Assembly: GCF_009914755.1 (NCBI RefSeq)
Contig: NC_060928.1
Direction: 5' to 3' (one strand)
Length of the DNA stretch: 64,000 bases
Source of the DNA: the human T2T-CHM13v2.0 reference genome, Homo sapiens
Shown: positions 28,621 through 42,909 of the stretch, piece after piece
Layout: each line of letters begins with the position of its first letter
Numbering within the stretch: the stretch's first letter is position 1
Made by a program: the position numbers and the translations under genes
Notes under the pieces: model-generated
Database searches by the model: none
The model's input: only the letters and a program-made list of their open reading frames with translations
What the model was told of the DNA's origin: nothing

Positions 28621-31127
28621 CTTTTTAGGCACAATATTCAAAGAACAGTGTTAAACAAATTAAAATATATCAATTAAATACAAATCCAAAATGATTGGAA
28701 GTTATTCAAAATGATTGGAATATTAATAATAGTAAAAAGTGGGGATTTGAGCTGTCACAGGAAATAGCATCTATGAAAAAAAGACAGATTCCAGTCCTTT
28801 TGTCTTATTCAAAGATAGGTTTATTTTTAAGACTTGACTTAATACTACTTTGGGTGCAAGTAGAAGACATTGATTCTTTAAGACCTGCCTGAGTATCTCA
28901 ATATTTATCAAAGCAAAAGCAAGTCAAATCTCCAAAGCTTGATATTAAATCAGCATCAACTATTTGTTGTTCAAACTACAGCTGTCTATGGAACACTTTT
29001 TTCAGCTCAGAATTTAGTCAGTTAAAGAAAGTGATAATTACTGCTTCTTATTTAGAGGTGTTTCATGTGTCCATTTAGTCCAAAAGGATATAGAACGTTT
29101 ATGTAAGTTTAACACTTAGAGATGCAGTGAGAAATGCAATGCTGTCATTGGCTATTTTCCTAAGTTAATTAGTGTTGTCTTGACCAAGAACTCACTTGAT
29201 TATTTAGTCAGTCGACTAAATAATCTTCATGTTTCAAACATTATTTCTTCATTTATTTCTCAAGTGGCTGGCAAACATCTTGGCAAATTACAGATGAGTA
29301 CTTTGTTTCTACAAGCAAAGACTAGGGTTAGTCGCACATTAATCAGGAACATCACACCTATGTGAATTGGAAAAGCTGGCCTGAGGCATTCTAGATGGGA
29401 TGCCAGGTAGGAGTGATGAGAGCGCAGGAGGATACATTTACATGATGGTGTCAGGATAAGGAAAAAAGGTGAATAGATATTCAAGATTCCTGCCACTCAC
29501 GGATATAGTAAGACAATCAAAAAATTCCCCCCTCAGTTGTCCACATTTCTTTCTCTTTCCCGTCCTCCACCTTTCTCTTTACCTCCTTGGCCCTATCCTG
29601 GGGCCTTTCAATACTCTAAAATAATGGCCCAAATGAATGAGAAAACAATTTCTGGTTAAAACAATCATCAAGTAATTCAAAATATATTTCTGACATTGCC
29701 TCTTTTTAGTAACATAAGTAGAAATGTGTTAAAGGAAAACTGTTTCATTTCTGGATTATTCAATTTGTTACTTTTCTATGCACTGCTGCTGCCCTTTTGA
29801 CAATGGTTCTGGAAAAAGACTGAACAGAAAAAGGGAAAGGATATGAAAAAGAATCAAATCTGGTCAGAGGCTTGGGAGACTAAAAACTAAAACTAGAAAC
29901 AAACATTGAGACCTTCAGATTGTTTACATGAAAACTTTAGAACTGTTACATGGAACACAAACGCAAAGGATTTACTAAGTTATTGAGCATATTCAATTTT
30001 TTAAAAATATTTTTATATATTCTACTATTTAATGAAGGAGTCTCTAGACAATTATCTTCCTTTCTCACCCCATTAGAGTGTCTAACTGTGGGACAAGCTA
30101 CCTTTGCTATCTGGGCCCCGATAGTGTTGGTCAACAATGTTAAAGAACACAGCTTCATTTTATAAGTCATTTTAGACAAAGGGAATTGGCAGGGTGAATT
30201 CAAAAAGAAGGAAAAATAAACAGAACACAAAACAAAACAGAGATACCCACTAAAATCCCTTGAGTATTAATCCTGGAGTTATTTATGTCAGGGCAAATTG
30301 CTCCTATAAAGCAAAGACAGACTCTGAAAGAAACAAGAATCTATTTGGTGGTTTCTTCTGAGGGCCCTCTCTGAGCTATCTATATCTGCTCTGGGAGTGA
30401 AGGCCCGTTTACCAGGAGTTGATGTCTCTTTAGTTCTAGTTGTTAAGACAGCTTCCTGCTTAGGGACTTGCCTGGGTTCTGATTTATCACTTTGAGGTTT
30501 TCATGAATTTATTTATTTTTTATTTTTTTGTTTTTCAATTCAGTATGATTTTAGCAGGTAATTCCCATGTCTTTACTAGAGTATGCTGACTTTTAAGACA
30601 GGCCTGTTTTCTTTTTTATGGCTGGGTAGAATATACTTCCCAACTATGTGCTTAATTTCAAAGTTTACTGAAAAGTTTGAGGGTTTGGCTGCTCCACTAA
30701 AGAAAACCTTACAATACTCAGACGGGATTAGAAAGCATAGGGAGCCCTGCTTCCACCTCCCTTTCCACTTCGGGACTAAATTGATTCCCTGCTCTCCTCT
30801 GAGAAGAAATACATTTTTTCTCATTATGGCCCTTATTTCAAGAGTGTTTCTTTTTATTCCCAGAGGCAAAATTCATGAAATTCTAAGGAAGAAAATGATT
30901 ATTGTGTATTTATTCCTAAATTCCTCTAAGATTTAACTATCAAACAAGATAAATATTCTCCAAAAACTGCCATAAAAATGAGACAACTTTTACTATATGT
31001 CTTTCAAAAAAAGATTTCATAAGTTTCCTCTCACTGCCTAAGATGTGGGATTACAAAAATGACAACATAAGAATATCAGTGGGTTCTTGATGGCACACAT
31101 TGTTTAGCATAGATACCTCTGGGATAA

Positions 31128-31531
<404 letters not shown>

Positions 31532-31941
31532 CAGGGAGTTTCTAGTTATTTTAGTTTCCTTCTGGTTCATGCTCCAGAAAGGACATGAGGCAGGATTTTT
31601 GCTAAGTCACTGAACCTTTATAGTGTGAGGAAGTCATGCTAGTTGCTGGAGATAGCTATGTAGGAGAAAGGTGGCCTGGGTTAACTGGAACATGCATCAT
31701 GGTGGAAGGAGCACTGGTTTTGCGCTCACAGTCTCCCACTTTTTGCCAGGTGACCGTGGGGAGTTAATATCTTGAACCATATTTTCTTTGTTTTTAAAAT
31801 CAGCACAATAAGTTACAAGAAAAATTGTTCTGAGGATTAAAAGCTCTTTATGTAAAACATTGGCAGGTGATTGGTATTTAGCAAATTGTCACCGTTATTA
31901 TAATATTGTCTTTAAACTTCAGGAAATTAAGGAAGAAGAGA

Positions 31942-32108
31942 ATTAGGTTGGTGAAAAGTAATTGTGATTTTTCCACTACTTTTAATAACTATTAGGTTGG
32001 TGCAATTACTTTTGCACCAACCAAATTGCACCACAATTACTTTTGCACCAACCTAATAGTTATTAAAAGTAGCGGTAAAAATCACAATTACTTTTCCACC
32101 AACCTAAT
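31942..32108. mobile_element. Composite MADE1 (Hsmar1 MITE) palindrome
   Basis: Multiple TTAGGTTGGTG(C)AAAAGTAATTG TIR copies in both orientations. Confidence 0.9.
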
Positions 32109-32834
32109 CCTCTTCATTTCCTAATACGAGGAAAACACTGGCCTATTTGTGGTGTTATATGCTGAACTCCCACAAGTGGTAGAAACAGTACGAAAGTTTG
32201 AGTGAGAAGAAGCCACTGGGCTGTATTAGTTGAGAAGTCTTCCAGGAAGAGTTGAGGGTTACCTCTCCTTTAACTTTAAAGCATCACTAAGTTGGAAGTG
32301 AAACAGGAGAGTCATGGGAGGCAAATGTTTGAAATTTACCAGAGCAAGAAGTCTAGCGTAGTAATGAGTTCAGGTGAAAAAATCACCAAGATCAACAAAT
32401 GTACTTTTGAAGGTTTCCAACCTTCAATTTGAACTCAAGGAGCATAAGCTTGTAGAATGACCTATATGGATATTCATATGTCGGTATTTACTAAGCTCCC
32501 ACCACATGCCTAACTTTATGCTAGAGTGGTGAATAATTAAGAAATGGTCCTCATTCCCTGGAGCTTACAGTCTAGTGGGGAAGTCAACGAAAAACAAGAA
32601 AACAAAAAGAGTATAATTAAAAAAATAGAATGCTATCAGAAAAATGTATCAAGTATCCATTCTAGATGGATTGTCTAAAAAGGGCTTTTTGAGGACGCCA
32701 ATTTTTAAATAAGACCTGAAAGATATGAAGGCTGTCACATGCAAAATACAAAGAAGAAAAATTTTTGTTGAAAAGGAACCAGGAAAACAAAAAACTCTGA
32801 AAGACTAACAACAACAACAACAAAAACATGAGGT

Positions 32835-32992
32835 CTTGTACTTGCTGCTCAAAGATTGGCCCACAGATGAACAGCTGGGACATTGTTAGCAATGCAGACT
32901 CTTGGGCACCACTTCACATATACTGAATCTGAACCTCCATTTAAAAAATATCCCCAGGTGATTCATAAGCATATTACATTTGGAAACAGACA
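32835..32992. mobile_element. MER5-type hAT MITE
   Basis: TGTTAGCAATGCAGACTCTTGGGC...TACTGAATC...TCCCCAGGTGATTC. Confidence 0.65.
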
Positions 32993-33117
32993 TATAATTA
33001 TCTTTTTAATTAGGCCACATGGAAATCTTTGGTTGGGTTGACAAAAGCTATTCCAATGGAGGGAGTGGGCACCAAAGAATGAGTTGAATGATTGGGATAT
33101 TAGGAGTGAACGTGGCA

Positions 33118-33486
33118 TGTATTAGACCATTTTCATGCTGCTAATAAAGACATAGCCAAGACTGGATAATTTATAAAGGAAAGAGGTTTAATTGACTCAC
33201 AGTTAAGCATGGCTAGGGAGGCCTTAGGCAACTTATAATCATGGCAAGGGGAAGCAAACACATCCTTCTTCACATGATGGCAAGAAGGAGAAGAATGAGA
33301 GAAGGTGGGGAAAATCCCTTATAAAACTGTCAAATCTCATGAGAACTCACTATCACCAGAATAGCATGGAGGTAACTGCCACCATGGTTCAATTACCTCC
33401 CACCAGGTCCCTCCCACGACATATGAGTATTATAGGAACTACAATTCAAGATGATATTTTGGGGGAGACACAGCCAAACCACATCA
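33118..33486 (-). mobile_element. THE1 (C/D-like) MaLR solo LTR
   Basis: TGTATTAGACCATTTTCATGCTGCT...CAGCCAAACCACATCA; TSD TGGCA/CAGCA. Confidence 0.9.
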
Positions 33487-36400
33487 CAGCATGTGGAAAT
33501 AACTCTTTACAGAAATGTAATTTGGAATGGGATGAGACCAGAGGATGGGTCAGTAGCTGAAAGGGAATATAACGTCACAAGAGTAGTTGTTTAAAATGAA
33601 TGATGTGTACTTGTATGCATAAAGGTAACACCTAGATGAGAGGCAGGGTTGTTATGTGAATATAGAGGGAATATTCAAGAATCAGAGTTCTTTAGAGTGA
33701 AGAACAAGGTAATGATATGACAAAATTAGCCTGTGATGGGGACTGGAACAAGAGGGAGGGTAGAAAAAATGTGTGTCCTATAGATTTATTGACGGGAATA
33801 TGAGCATCTTCTGGCACACTAATTGTCTTTTGTCAATGAAGCATGAGGCATGAACATCAGCTGTAAGCAAGCAGGACTCAGGGGTGGTGATTTTGAAAAC
33901 TGAGAAATTATGAAATAATCTCTGCAGAAAATGGAAGAACAAGCCAAATGGAAAACGTTGGTGGGATTGCTAGATAGCGTTCAGCTCTTATTTAAATTCA
34001 GCAATCAGAATTTGTAGTGAAATCTGGCCAGATACATGATTTTTTTTTTTTCTAGCTGTGCTGGAGTTTATGGGTACAGGTGTAAAGAAAGCAGATGGTT
34101 GAGTTCATGTAAGGTTGGGGTTAGTAATCAAAAATAATTTTTTAACATTGCAATGTGTCTAAGTTTAGCTCTTGGCAACTGTTTCTGTTTATAAAAGTTA
34201 GAGGTTAGAGGCAAATATCTAGCCTCTGTTATAATAACATGGTGCCAATTATTCACATTTTCTGTGCTCCACTTTTGCAATAGACTTTCTAGAAGCCTCA
34301 CAACATTAGGTCTTAGATATTAAGTCTAAGTAAAATGGACTTAGCTCCATTTTACTGATGAAAACTGAATATAAAGAGGGTTCGGTAAACCTTAAGTAAA
34401 TTATAATTCCAAAAGTCAAATTATTATTTTTTTCTTTTTTTGATTAAAAGCAAAAAAAATCTATTGACTTTCATTGGACAATTTTTTTTCTCCAGTGGCA
34501 TTATGAAATTGAGTGAAACATATGTTCTCTCATCAACTTTATACAATCAGCGAACGAATACATAGTCTTGGAAATCTTGTCTCTAATATTTCCTTACCAC
34601 TCTGTAAGAAGTCTGAGAGGAAGGTTCAAATGAAGAGCAGTGTGGGGAGTAGGATGGAAGAGACCCTTATAGATTTTTGAGAAGTCTACAAAAGGATGTG
34701 TCTATGGCTTGAAATGTCTTTTCTTGCAAAACATGAGATATGGCACTTACTATGAGTGCTTTAAGTTACAAAAACGTTAAACAATAAAATTCCAACGTAA
34801 GTATCAGGTATAGAAATCAGATAACAAAGTCAAATGCCTCCAGCAGCCAGGAACAAAACTTAAAGGCATGAAGAGGGCTGGAGAGAAGACAGGGAAGCAT
34901 GTGGGTGGGTACACTGGGGTGCCACTCATTCATTTCATCCAGTTAATGCCATGCAGGAATTTGAGTTCCTCCCATTATCTAAGAAGACAGATTACCTAAA
35001 CCTTTGTCAAATTTAGACATATTAAACGTTCTATTGACAAAACCAAGCATATCGGCTAGCTGGGTTAGGCCCATTGCCCTCCAGTTTTCCTCTTATGGTA
35101 GACATACATTTAAATCTGTAACAAGGGTCTTAATTATCATTTTTGTTTAAAACCAGACACCCTTTAAAAACATTTTGTAAACGGCTTGAGAAATATGATC
35201 TACTTGATATAATTATAGACATCTTTTAATTTGTTTTTTAATTTAGAGACGTTACCTAAGCGAAGGAGCAACCTTCAAACCTGATAGAAGAGAAAGAAGA
35301 ATAGGCTTTCTTTGTGGAAGTCATAGGCTTCTCTTTAATGACTGGGTTACCATTGTGTAAGCAAAAAAAAAAAAAAAAAAAAAAAAAGCTTCTTTATGAA
35401 AGAAAGTAGAAAGTATCTTTATTCAGCAGTGATTCTCACTTGTGCACCAAAGAGTTTGCAAACTTAATCAATTTATCATAATGAACCTCCCAGTGGCAGT
35501 CAACAAGAGCATTTATAAGCACAGCAGGTAAGTTTTCCAACAATAATGATATTATGCTTCTATCTGCATAAAGAATAGTTTTAGCAGCTTTATGTTTCAG
35601 ACAAGTTAAGTCCATAAATACACAAAAGCCACAATGACAAAATCATAGCCTATTAGCTAAGATTCCCTTGTGATATTGTGTAATTTCATCTCAGAAACTC
35701 TGAAAATGTGAATAAGGTTCTAATCCAAGTGAATTTCTTGCTATTTTATAAATATGATCCAAACTTTTGCGACTTTGAATTTGGTCTTAGGTTTCATTCC
35801 CCTTAACTAAACCCATCAAAATTCTATCTGCTTGCAAAACCCAGGCTCAAAACTGTTTCCTCTCTCTGCTGATCCCAGTGAATGAAGGGCTAAGCTGTAT
35901 AAGTATCTACTGCATACTCAGGAATGCTAAGGTGTGTTGGTGCATGCAAGGAATATGGATTATACACTTTTTTTTTTTTGGTAGAATATAAGGAGCCTCA
36001 TGGGAGAGAAAAACTGACCAAACACATTGGATTTGGTGACTAAATAACAAAGACAAGACTTTCAAGCAAATTGGAACAATCCTTTAATCTCTCATGTTGT
36101 GTCCTCGATAGCAACAAGCAAGGTCACAAAGACTGGCAACCTGAAATAAATATCAAGAAGGATAGGCAGAGTCAGTAGGAAGCTATGTGCATTCCTGAGT
36201 GTATCAATCAGTGTCGTGACTAGGTACATCTGGTAATTAATGCCAAATTCCTGAGAAAGGAGTGTAATAAACAAAAAGAACACATTAAATAGAAGAGCAT
36301 TTGTTTGAATTGATATTAGAGCTGTGCACGAAGAAAGAGAATGATTTGGTTACATGAGAGAATTGTGGCCTTAAAAATTATTAATTTCTGTGACTATGAT

Positions 36401-36556
36401 CTTTTCAAACAGCTATATTGTTTTATTTGCTTTTGTTAAATTTGGAGTTAACCAACTCCAAAGAATAATAAGAGTTCAAGAGTAACAAGCGCTAATAACA
36501 CTTGTTATTCTTTATTTTGTATTGTTGTATGCCATATCTTCCATTTATAAGTCCTC

Positions 36557-36992
36557 TGTGGTAGTCTGGATAATGACCCTCCCAAAGATGTCTGCATCTT
36601 AATTCTCAGAACCTGTGAATGTTACCTTACACACAGAAGGGACTTGCAGATAAGATTAGTTAAGGATGTAAAAATGAGGAGATTATCCTGGATTACTTGG
36701 TTGAGCCTGATGTAATCACAAGGGTCCTTTTAAGAGAAAGGTTGACCAGGGTCAGGTAAGGAAATGCGATGATGGAGGTGGAGGTTGAAGTAATGTGGGG
36801 CCATCAACCAAGGAATATGGGCCCTTCTAGAAGCTGGGAAAGGCAAGGAAACAAATTCCCTTCCTAGAACCTTCAAAATAAACTGTCCCATTTTAGATTT
36901 CTGACCTCCATAATTATAAGAAGTAAATTTGTGTTGTTTTAAGCCACTTGGTTTGTGGTCGTTTGTTACAGGAATGATAGGAAATTGATACA
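36557..36992 (+). mobile_element. MLT1C/D MaLR LTR
   Basis: TGTGGTAG...GAGATTATCCTGGATTA...GGAAATTGATACA; TSD TCCTC/ACCTC. Confidence 0.85.
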
Positions 36993-37111
36993 ACCTCCAT
37001 GTTTTGTGTCAAAAACTATTATTAAGATTTTTCTCACCTTATTTTCCTGCCATTACATTTTTTAAACAAGACACAGAATTTATCCTGACCTATGCACATT
37101 ATAGCATTCCT

Positions 37112-37572
37112 TGTCATCTTTGTTTGACTTCCCCAGAAGTAGAATCTGAGATAAGAATCCAAATGTAAGCAGTTTATTTGGAGTGTGATCCTGGAATACA
37201 CGGGTAACATGGTAAAGAAGTGAGACAGGAAGGGAAGGAAGTTGGTAAAACCTCTTGTGTACTGTGAGCCACTGGATCTTCATCCTGCTGGTGAACTCTT
37301 GATAACCATGCAGAACATATGCCTCATAGTTTTCCCTAAAGGAGTAAGGGAGTTGGCATATTTATCAGCTCTCACCAGTCATTTGCTTGATGGCTATTCT
37401 CTGAGTGTGAGGGGAGGTGATAATTCCCTGGCACTTCTGGACTGCCCTGCTCCTAGGCAGAGCAAACTCCAGTGATAAGAGAAGCCCTTGAGGCAAAGAA
37501 TCACAGTGCTAACGGTAGAACTTGGGCCCATGTTGCAGAGTGCCTCTAGAGGGGATATGTGTGGGATACAGA
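37112..37572 (-). mobile_element. Old ERV-L LTR (LTR41/LTR33-like)
   Basis: CCCCAGAAGTAGAATCTGAGATAAGAAT...TTTATTTGG...GTGAGACAGGAAGGGAAGGAAG. Confidence 0.55.
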
Positions 37573-37734
37573 CAGATCTGATGCATCCAGCTTTTTGTCA
37601 TTATCGAAGGCACAGGCTTGCAGATCCCTATCCATATCTGTCTCACCCTATCAAGATTTGGTAATAATTGTGGCACCACGTCTTCTACCTTTTGTATTTG
37701 TTGTTTGTTGTATGCCATTTTTTCCATTTTTTAA

Positions 37735-40700
37735 AATGACCCTTTGGATATAAACCCAGAAATTGGATTACTGGGTTGTATTGTAATCAAGACAGCATGG
37801 TGCTAGCATAAAAGCAAACACATTGACTTTCTTATTTTTAGTTTTTCGAGGAACCACTGCCATTTTCCATAATTGCTGTACTTATTTACATTCCCACCAA
37901 CAATGAGTTCTTTTTTCTCATATCCTCTCCAAAACTTGTTATCTTTCATCTTTTTGATGAAGGCTATTCTAACAGGTGCGAGGTGATATCTCATTGGGGT
38001 TTAATTTGCATTTCCCTAATGATTAGTAATGCTGAGCATTTTTTCATGTACCTATTGGCTCTTCGTATGTCTTCTTTTGAAAAATGTCTGTTCAGGTCCT
38101 TACCCATTTTTCAATCAGGTTGTTTGTTGTCTTGATCTTAAGTTGTTTGTGTTCCCTATATTTTTTGGATATTAACTCCTTGTTAGATATATGGTTTGCA
38201 AATATGTTCTCCCATTCTGTAGGATGTCTCTTTACTTTGTTAATTGTTTCCTTTGCTGTACAGAAGCTTCTTTGTTTAATGCCATCCAATTTGTCTATTT
38301 TTGCTTTTGTTGCTTGTGCTTTTGGGGTCATATCCAAAAAGTCATTAGCCAAACCAGTGTCCTGAAGCTTTCCTCCCATTTTTTCTTCTAGTTGTTCTAT
38401 AGTTTCTGGTCTTGTAGCTAAATCTTTTATCCATTTTAGTTGATTATTGTATATGGTGTAATGTAAGTATCTAGTTTCATTCTTCTGAATAAATAGCCAG
38501 TTCTCCTAACACCATTTATTAAAGAGATTGTGCTTTCCTCATTGTGTGTTCCTGGCACCCTTGTCAAAAATCAGCTGACCAGCACCAGGCATGGTGGTAC
38601 ATGCCTGTAATCCCAGCTACTTGAGGGGCTGACAATTGCTTGAACCCAGGAGTTTCAGGCCAGCCTGGGCAACATAGTGAGACCCTGCCTCTAATAAGTA
38701 AGCAAATAAATAAATAAACAATAAAAATCAGCTGACCATAAATGCATGGGTTTAATTCTGGGTTTTCTATCCTGTCCCCCTAGTCAATGTGTTTGTTTTT
38801 ATGCCAGCACCATGCTATCTTTATTATAATAATTTCATTGTAATCAGAAAATGTGATGCCTACAAATTTGTACTTTTTGCTCAAGATTGTTTTGGCTATT
38901 TTTTATGGTTACATATATATTTAAGAATATTTTTTCTGTTTCTGTGAAAAATGAGATTGAAATTTTGATAGAGGTTGCATTGAATCTATAGATTGTTTTA
39001 CATAGTATGGACATTTTTACAATATTAATTCTTGTAATTCATGAGCATGGAATATATTTCCTTTTCTTGTGCTTTCTTCAGTTTATTCTATCAGTGTTTT
39101 GTAGTTTGTGGTATACAGGTATTTTACCTCCTTGGTTAAATTTGCACCTAAGTGTTTAATTTTTTTGTTGCTATTGTAAATGTTGTTGTTTTCTTAATAT
39201 CTTTTTCAGATAGTTCGTTATTAGTATATGGAAATGCTGCTGGTTTTTTAATGTTTATTTTGCATCCTGTAATTTTACTGAATTCATTTATCGGTTCTAA
39301 CAGTTTCTTGTGGTCTTTAGAGTTTTTTCATGTATGAGATCATGATGTTGGTAAATAGGGATAATTTCACCTCTTTCTTTCCTATTAGGATAAATTTTAT
39401 TTTTATTTTTCCCTTGCCTAATTGCTCTGAATAGGACTTACAGCACTATGTTAAAAAGAAGTGGTAAGAGTGGACATTCTTCTCTTGTCCCTGATCTTAG
39501 AAGAAAAGCTATCCAATTTTTATCATTGAGAATGTTATCTATAGGTTTATCGTATATGGCCTTTATTGGGTTGAGATACATTCATTCTATAATTAATCTG
39601 TTGAGAATTTTTACCCTAAAAAGGTGTTGAAGGTTGTCAAATGTTTTTTCTGCATCTATTGAAGTGATCATTGTATTTTTATCCTTCATTTGCTGATATG
39701 GAGTATCACATTGATTGATTTGCATATGTTGAACCATCGTTGCATCCCAGGGATAAATTCCATTTGATCTTGGTGAATGATGCTTTTATTGTGTTCTTGA
39801 ATTGAGTTTGCTAATATTTTGTTGAAAAATTTTGCACCTATGTTCACCAGAAATATTGGCCTCTAATATTCTTTTCTTGTAGTCTGGCTTTGGTGTCAGG
39901 GTAATGCTAGCCTCATAAAATGAGTTTGGAAGTATTTCCTCTACTTTAATACTTGTGGAGGATTGGAGAAGAATTGGTATTAGTTCTTCTTTACATGTTT
40001 GGTAGAATTCAACAGTGAAGCCATCCAGTCCTGGGCTTTTCTTTGGTGAGAGACTTTTTTTATTACTCACTCAATCTCCTTATTTGTTATTGGTCTGTTC
40101 AAATTTTCTATTCCTTCATGCTTCAGTCTTGGTAAGTTGTGTTTCTAAAAATATATCCATTTCTTATAGGTTATTCAATTTATTAGCATATAATTGTTCA
40201 CAGTAGTTTTTTATAGCCCTTTGTATTTTGGTAGTTTCCATTGTGATGTCTTCTCTTTCATTTCTGATCTAATTTGAGTAGTCTTTTGTTGTTGTTGTTG
40301 TTTAGCTAAAGGTTTGTCAATTTTATCTTCCTAAAAATCCAAACATTAGCTTTATAATTTTTTTCCATGATTTTTCTAGTGTCTGTTTCATTTATTTCTG
40401 CTCTGATATTTGTTATTTTCTTCCTTTTGCTAACTTTAGGCTTAGTTGCTTCTTTTTTCCTTCTGGTTCCTTGTGGTGTACCATTAGATTATTTGTGATC
40501 TTTCTTCTTTTTTGATACAGGCATTTATTGCTATAATTCACCTCTTAGGACTGCTTTTGTTACATCTCATAAATTTTAGTATGTTGTGCTTCTATTTTTG
40601 TTTGTTTTATGGTGTTTCTTGATTTTCTTTTTTATTTCCTCTGTGACACATTGTTTGTTTAGGAGGATGCCATTTGATTTCCACATCTTTGTGAGTTTTC

Positions 40701-41517
40701 CAGAATTTGTCTTGTTACTGATTTCTAGTTTTATGCCATGGTGATCTGAAAAGATACGTGATATAATTTCATTATCTTAAATTGGTTATGATCTGTTTTG
40801 TGACTTAACATATGATCTATCCTGGAGAATGTTTTGCATACACTTGAGAAGAATATGTTTTCTGCTGCTGTTGGATGAAATGTACTATAAATGTCTGTTA
40901 GGTCCATTTGATCTAAAGTATATTGAAATCCAATGTTTCTTTGTTGACTTTTTTTGGTCTAAATGATCTATTATTGATGGTGGGGTGTGGAGGTACCTTA
41001 CTATGATAGCATTGGGGTCTATCTCTCTTTTCAGATTATTTCAGAATTGCTTTATTTATTTGGGTTCTCCAATCTTAGACAAATATATATTTACAACTGT
41101 TACATCTTCTTCATGAATTAACCCCTTTTATCATTATGTAATGACCTTTTCTCTTTTTCTAGTTTTTGGCTTAAAGTCTCCTTGGTCTGATATAAGTATA
41201 GCTACTTCTGTTCTTTCTCAGTTTACATTTGTGTGAAATACTTTTTTTCCATCTTTTCACTTTCAATCTGTGACTTTACTAGTAAAATACATCTTTTGTA
41301 GGCATCTTATAGTTGGATCTTTTTTTTTAATCCATTTAGCCAGTCTGTCTTTTGATTGAAGACTTTAATCCATTTATATTCAAGGTAATTTTTGATAGAT
41401 ATAGACTTGCTACTGCCATTTTGTAATTTGCTTTCTGGTTGTTTTCAGGTCACTTATTTCTTTCTCCCTCTCATTTTCCTGGTTTTTTATAATTCTTGTG
41501 TCCTTACAATGATGCCT
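37735..41517 (-). mobile_element. L1MA/L1PB-age fragment (mostly ORF2)
   Basis: ORF2 peptides 38092-38379 (DFLDMTPKAQATKAKIDK) and 39786-40070 ([16 protein letters not shown]). Confidence 0.88.
38582..38722 (+). mobile_element. Free Alu monomer (FLAM-like)
   Basis: Monomer with tail; perfect 16 bp TSD AAAAATCAGCTGACCA. Confidence 0.88.
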
Positions 41518-42384
41518 ATCAATGCCACTTAGCAGGTCACGAGCAGCCCTATGGAGCGGCTCATGCGATGAGCTAATGAAAGGGTATGCTCTGGCATCTT
41601 ATCTTAGAATACGTATTTCTAAGAAGACATTTCCTGAGTCTGGATCATTTGATTTTCAATTCAGATTATGCTGCATCAAGCCCTTTCCTTTTTCACAAGC
41701 TTTCTTCCAGAATAAGGTGAAGGGAAAATGAGACCGGCGTACCCTGCTTGCTATACTTCTTTGCTCGTCTATATCTCCTCTGAGCAAATGCTTCATCAAT
41801 AAATCATTATTTCCTGAGATAACTTTCTGATATAGGGCAATCTAAACCCATACTTAGAAAAAATATATGCAGACGTCTCTAAGTATGCTTAATTCAAGAG
41901 ACTAAATGAAACATCTCATACCTCAAGCTGAAGCTATTTGATTTAGGTGTTTTTTTTTTTTTCTTTCTTTACTTTTCTTCTTTCTTTCTTTCTTTTTTTT
42001 TTTTTAAACTGCATTTAGGGACTCTCCAAAAGCATTGGGTAGGTACTTGTCTCATATGCAAATAATCATAAGGAACCATCAAAAAATTCCACTTGGAGGG
42101 AATCTTCACAAAAGGAATATTATGTCTCAGTCTTAGTCATAAGTTATTTTTAATGTTTAAAATGGAAGTCCCCATATCCTTGTGAGTTTCTCAGGAAATG
42201 AGGGGTAGTAGTGGAAAGGACTCAGTAGGTTATCTCTGGTCTGTCACTTCAAGTCTTTGTTCAACTCTCATCTCTCAGTGAGATATCCTATAATCACCGT
42301 ATTTATAATAGTCCTTCATCCTGCTTCCTCCTTCCCTCTAAGCTCCTGGACCCGGTACTCTCAGTTCTCCTTACTCTGGTTGAG

Positions 42385-42862
42385 ATTATCTCAAAGATAT
42401 CTCTCTACATTCTTTAGTACTCTTCTCCTCAAGAACAGGAGCTTCATTCACCTTCCATGAGTGTGGCTGGACTTAATGATTCTCTTCGAGTGAATAGAAT
42501 GTGGCAGAAACGATGAAATGTCTCTTTTGAGACTGGGTTACAAAAGGAGTGTTGCTTTCCCTTCCTTTCATGTCATTTGCTCTGGGTGATGCCCCCTGAT
42601 ATGTCCTGACCGTCCCTATGGAAAGGCTCATGTGATAAGATAATAAAACCCCCTGCCAATAGTCACGTGAATGAGCTTTAGGTGACTACAGACCTGACTT
42701 GTAACTTGGCTATAACCTCTTGAGGGACTCTGAGCCAGAACCACCCAGGAAAGCTACTCCCAGATTTCTGACCTTTTGAAACTGTGTGAGATAATAGATC
42801 TATGTTATTTTAAGATGCAAGTTTTGCAATAATTTATCATACAGCAACAGATAGTGACTATA
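42385..42862 (+). mobile_element. MLT1F-like MaLR LTR
   Basis: AATAGAATGTGGCAGAA...CTGAGCCAGAACCACCCAG...AAACTGTGTGAGATAATA. Confidence 0.7.
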
Positions 42863-42909
42863 TTTAACATAGGATATTTTATTCCACTTAACCACCTTTA
42901 ACGTATTAG

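Noticed and set aside
31942-32108. Repeated ~25 bp units resembling a CRISPR array
   Set aside because: The units are MADE1 terminal inverted repeats in both orientations in primate DNA, with no spacers or cas genes.
35363-35387. Orphan poly(A) run (also 46477-46497)
   Set aside because: No attached retro-copied body or convincing TSD; treated as mononucleotide microsatellites.
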